Program-made: the position numbers and the translations under genes
Notes under the pieces: model-generated
Told to the model about the DNA's origin: nothing
The model's input: the letters and a program-made list of their open reading frames with translations, nothing else
The model's database searches: none
Shown: positions 32,257 to 34,583 of the stretch, one piece after another
Position numbering within the stretch: position 1 is the stretch's first letter
Layout: every line of letters begins with the position of its first letter
IMG/VR virus record: IMGVR_UViG_3300048998_000035
Span: 1-34,583 of that record
DNA: 34,583 nucleotides
Strand: one strand, 5' to 3'
DNA from: a virus
Taxonomy: Duplodnaviria; Caudoviricetes

Positions 32257-34583
32257 TGGCTGAATTTCCAGAATCATACAAAGACGATAGTTATGGAAAG
32301 CTGGATTCGGCGAATGAGCAAAAATATGGGCTTCCTGTTGGCTTGGTGTCATCTATCCGTGAGTATGGAGAGAAGACGAATGCTAGCGAGGTAAGCAGCG
32401 CGAAAGCAAAGACGCCTTATCAGTTCATTCCTTCAACACAGAAAGCCATTCTCGATAAATACGGCATTGATGTAACGCTCTCTCCTGATAATGCTTCCGA
32501 AGGCGCGGCCTTACTATTAAAAGAAGGTTTGGATCGATCTAAGGGCGATATTGAGCACGCTGTGAGGTCGTATCACGGCGGCACCGATCCTAAGAATTGG
32601 GGGAAGGTTAACGATGCTTACTGGAGCCGTGTTTCTGCTGGATTAGAAGGAAAAAAATCTGATGCGCTATCAAGTAACTTTTCGCAATGGATGCAACAGA
32701 ATCCAGCGATACCAGATAAGCCACAAGAAGCCGCGAAGCCCGCAGACAAGCTCTCTGGGGACTTCGCTAATTGGTTAAAGAATCCGACTGCGCAATCCAC
32801 TGAAGGCGAAACGCTTCGCGCCGGAACCATTCCGGGCCAACCGAACCAAGCGCCCACACAAGAAGCCCCCTCGAGCATTACTGACAAAATAATAGGCGCT
32901 GGCGAGGCTGGATTATCTACGGCGGCGAATCTTACTTTAGGCGCTGGCGGATATGCAGCCGGGGCGTTGGGCGGCATTGCTGAGAGCGTTCAAAACGGCA
33001 CGTTTGGCACGCAGGCAGGCGTCAATACTGCCGCTGATTCAGCCGATAGAATTGCCGGACAAGTAACAGCGCCATTTCAACCAAGAACACCCGAAGGACA
33101 GAAGCAAGCTGCTGCCATTGGCGAGGGCATGAATGCGCTTGTACCGGTGATGCCGCTTACCGCTGAAATGGGCGCTCTTGGTCAGGGCATGAAATCCGGG
33201 GCTGCTCTCGCTAAAGACATTGCCTTACCGAAGGTCATGCAGGCCGTTGATGCGGTGAAGCAACGCGCACAAGGCGCCCAAGAACCTGCGGGAGTGTCGG
33301 CTATGCCCGGTAGCGTTGGCGCCGCGGGGGCTGATGTTGCTGTTGGTCGCATGGCTAGAGCCGAAGACCTGCCAGTGCCAATCAATTTAACCAAGGCGCA
33401 AGCAACGCGTGACTTTACCGAGCAGCAATTCGAGCGCGAGACCGCCAAATTACCAGAAGGGGCCCCTCTAAGAGATCGTTACGCTGCGCAGAACGACGCG
33501 ATGTTGCGTAACTTTGATGCAATGGTTGATATGACCGGCGCGGATGCTGCCGGACTTCGGCAAATGGGACAGGCGGTTGATAAGGCGCTCATTGATAAAG
33601 TTGCGACCGCGAAGACAAAGATAAAAACGCTTTACAAGGAAGCTGAAAAAGCTGGCGAGCTAGAAGCGTTAGCGCCAACGGCAAACATCACCAATTTTTT
33701 AAATCAATCATCTTCCGCTGAAAGTCTTGCCCCTGTTCTTGGTGCGGCAAAGAAAGAGCTTATTCGATTGGGCGGCGCGGTCGAGGCTGAGGGCGGCGGA
33801 GTAGCGCCCACACAGCTATCTCTAAAGGACATGGAATTCTTGCGCAAGTTCGTGAACAAAGTCGCGGGCGCGGACCCTACCAATATCAAATATGCGGTGG
33901 ACTTAAAAAACGTTATTGATGCATCCACCGATGGATTGGGCGGCAACCTTTATAAAAAGGCAAGAGCATCTCGCTCTCAGTTTGCAAAAGAATTTGAAGA
34001 TCGAGCGGTAATCAATCGACTGATAACTACCAAGCCGGGCACCTCCGATCGCCGAGTGGCCTACGAAGATACATTCAATCACATCGTTCTAAACGGTTCG
34101 CTTGACGACATCCGGCACGTAAGAAGGGTCTTGCAAACCGACCCGACCGGGCAGGGCGCGCAAGCTTGGCGAGAGGTCCAAGGACAAACGATAAATTGGT
34201 TGAAGGAGGAGTCTACTAAAAACGTTGCGCGTGATGTGCGCGGCAATGAAATTGTATCGGCGAGCGGTCTAGATAAGGCCGTTAGAACCCTGGATAAAGA
34301 TCAAAAATTAGATTTCATCTTCGGTAAAAAAGGCGCTGAACAAATTCGCGATTTAAATGATCTCGCAAAAGACGTCTATACCGCGCCGCCTGGTTCCGTT
34401 AACTCTTCCAATACGGCTTCAGCCCTCAAGGTTGCATTGGACGCCCTTATAACTGGCGCAGTTACCGGAATTCCAGCACCAGCATTTTCGGCATTAAAAG
34501 AGGCTCTAAAGTTTATGAAAAACAGAAAGACGGCGGCGCGAATCCGCGAATCTTTGAGTTACGGGAAACAAGACGCGAAACAG
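32253..34583 (+). CDS. Large DNA ejection protein (gp16 position) with N-terminal lytic transglycosylase domain; 3' end outside window
   Basis: Own translation: KYGLPVGLVSSIREYGE...SSAKAKTPYQFIPST...AVRSYHGG...AYWSRV; absent from the ORF track, consistent with no stop before the window end. Confidence 0.85.
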   Translation, partial: MMAEFPESYKDDSYGKLDSANEQKYGLPVGLVSSIREYGEKTNASEVSSAKAKTPYQFIPSTQKAILDKYGIDVTLSPDNASEGAALLLKEGLDRSKGDIEHAVRSYHGGTDPKNWGKVNDAYWSRVSAGLEGKKSDALSSNFSQWMQQNPAIPDKPQEAAKPADKLSGDFANWLKNPTAQSTEGETLRAGTIPGQPNQAPTQEAPSSITDKIIGAGEAGLSTAANLTLGAGGYAAGALGGIAESVQNGTFGTQAGVNTAADSADRIAGQVTAPFQPRTPEGQKQAAAIGEGMNALVPVMPLTAEMGALGQGMKSGAALAKDIALPKVMQAVDAVKQRAQGAQEPAGVSAMPGSVGAAGADVAVGRMARAEDLPVPINLTKAQATRDFTEQQFERETAKLPEGAPLRDRYAAQNDAMLRNFDAMVDMTGADAAGLRQMGQAVDKALIDKVATAKTKIKTLYKEAEKAGELEALAPTANITNFLNQSSSAESLAPVLGAAKKELIRLGGAVEAEGGGVAPTQLSLKDMEFLRKFVNKVAGADPTNIKYAVDLKNVIDASTDGLGGNLYKKARASRSQFAKEFEDRAVINRLITTKPGTSDRRVAYEDTFNHIVLNGSLDDIRHVRRVLQTDPTGQGAQAWREVQGQTINWLKEESTKNVARDVRGNEIVSASGLDKAVRTLDKDQKLDFIFGKKGAEQIRDLNDLAKDVYTAPPGSVNSSNTASALKVALDALITGAVTGIPAPAFSALKEALKFMKNRKTAARIRESLSYGKQDAKQ

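Larger units (their letters stand above)
1..34583. mobile_element. Lambdoid temperate phage/prophage segment with P22/Sf6-like head-tail module
   Basis: Divergent cI/cro switch, ERF, DUF1376 initiator, NinG, Q-like gene, terminase, P22-like portal, coat, gp4, gp10 and ejection genes in lambdoid order; no host genes seen. Confidence 0.97.

Noticed and set aside
22452-33946. Numerous minus-strand ORFs across the structural genes
   Set aside because: Antisense shadows of long, well-supported plus-strand genes, with no recognisable motifs

Overview
The whole window is about 34.6 kb of a lambdoid temperate phage with a P22/Sf6-like (podovirus) morphogenesis module. No host DNA, integrase, att site or lysis cassette is visible, and both ends cut through genes. 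Gene order: (1) leftward early operon (1-7327) with an orphan HigA-like HTH protein, SPFH/prohibitin, SSB-like and ERF recombination genes, a structured non-coding stretch with a tRNA-like element, and a vWA + membrane protein pair; (2) pL/OL, then about 2.5 kb of lysogenic cargo, then a CI-like repressor with no recognisable S24 peptidase domain, OR and cro; (3) rightward early operon with an RHH protein, HNH nuclease, C5 and N6A methyltransferases, a DUF1376 initiator with iterons, a helicase loader, a nin-like region, NinG and a Q-like antiterminator; (4) late promoter with three tandem terminators; (5) terminase, portal, scaffold, coat, decoration, gp4/gp10/tail and three ejection proteins, the last carrying a lytic transglycosylase domain. 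Most promising leads: an ATGA-coupled four-gene membrane cassette with a duplicated, synonymously diverged LAKGFHWL tail; a vWA/membrane/structured-RNA module; a three-copy pseudoknot motif before the scaffold and coat genes; an orphan internally shortened HigA; and a pilin-like gene interrupted by one TGA. All family calls come from motif recognition by eye; no database search was run.
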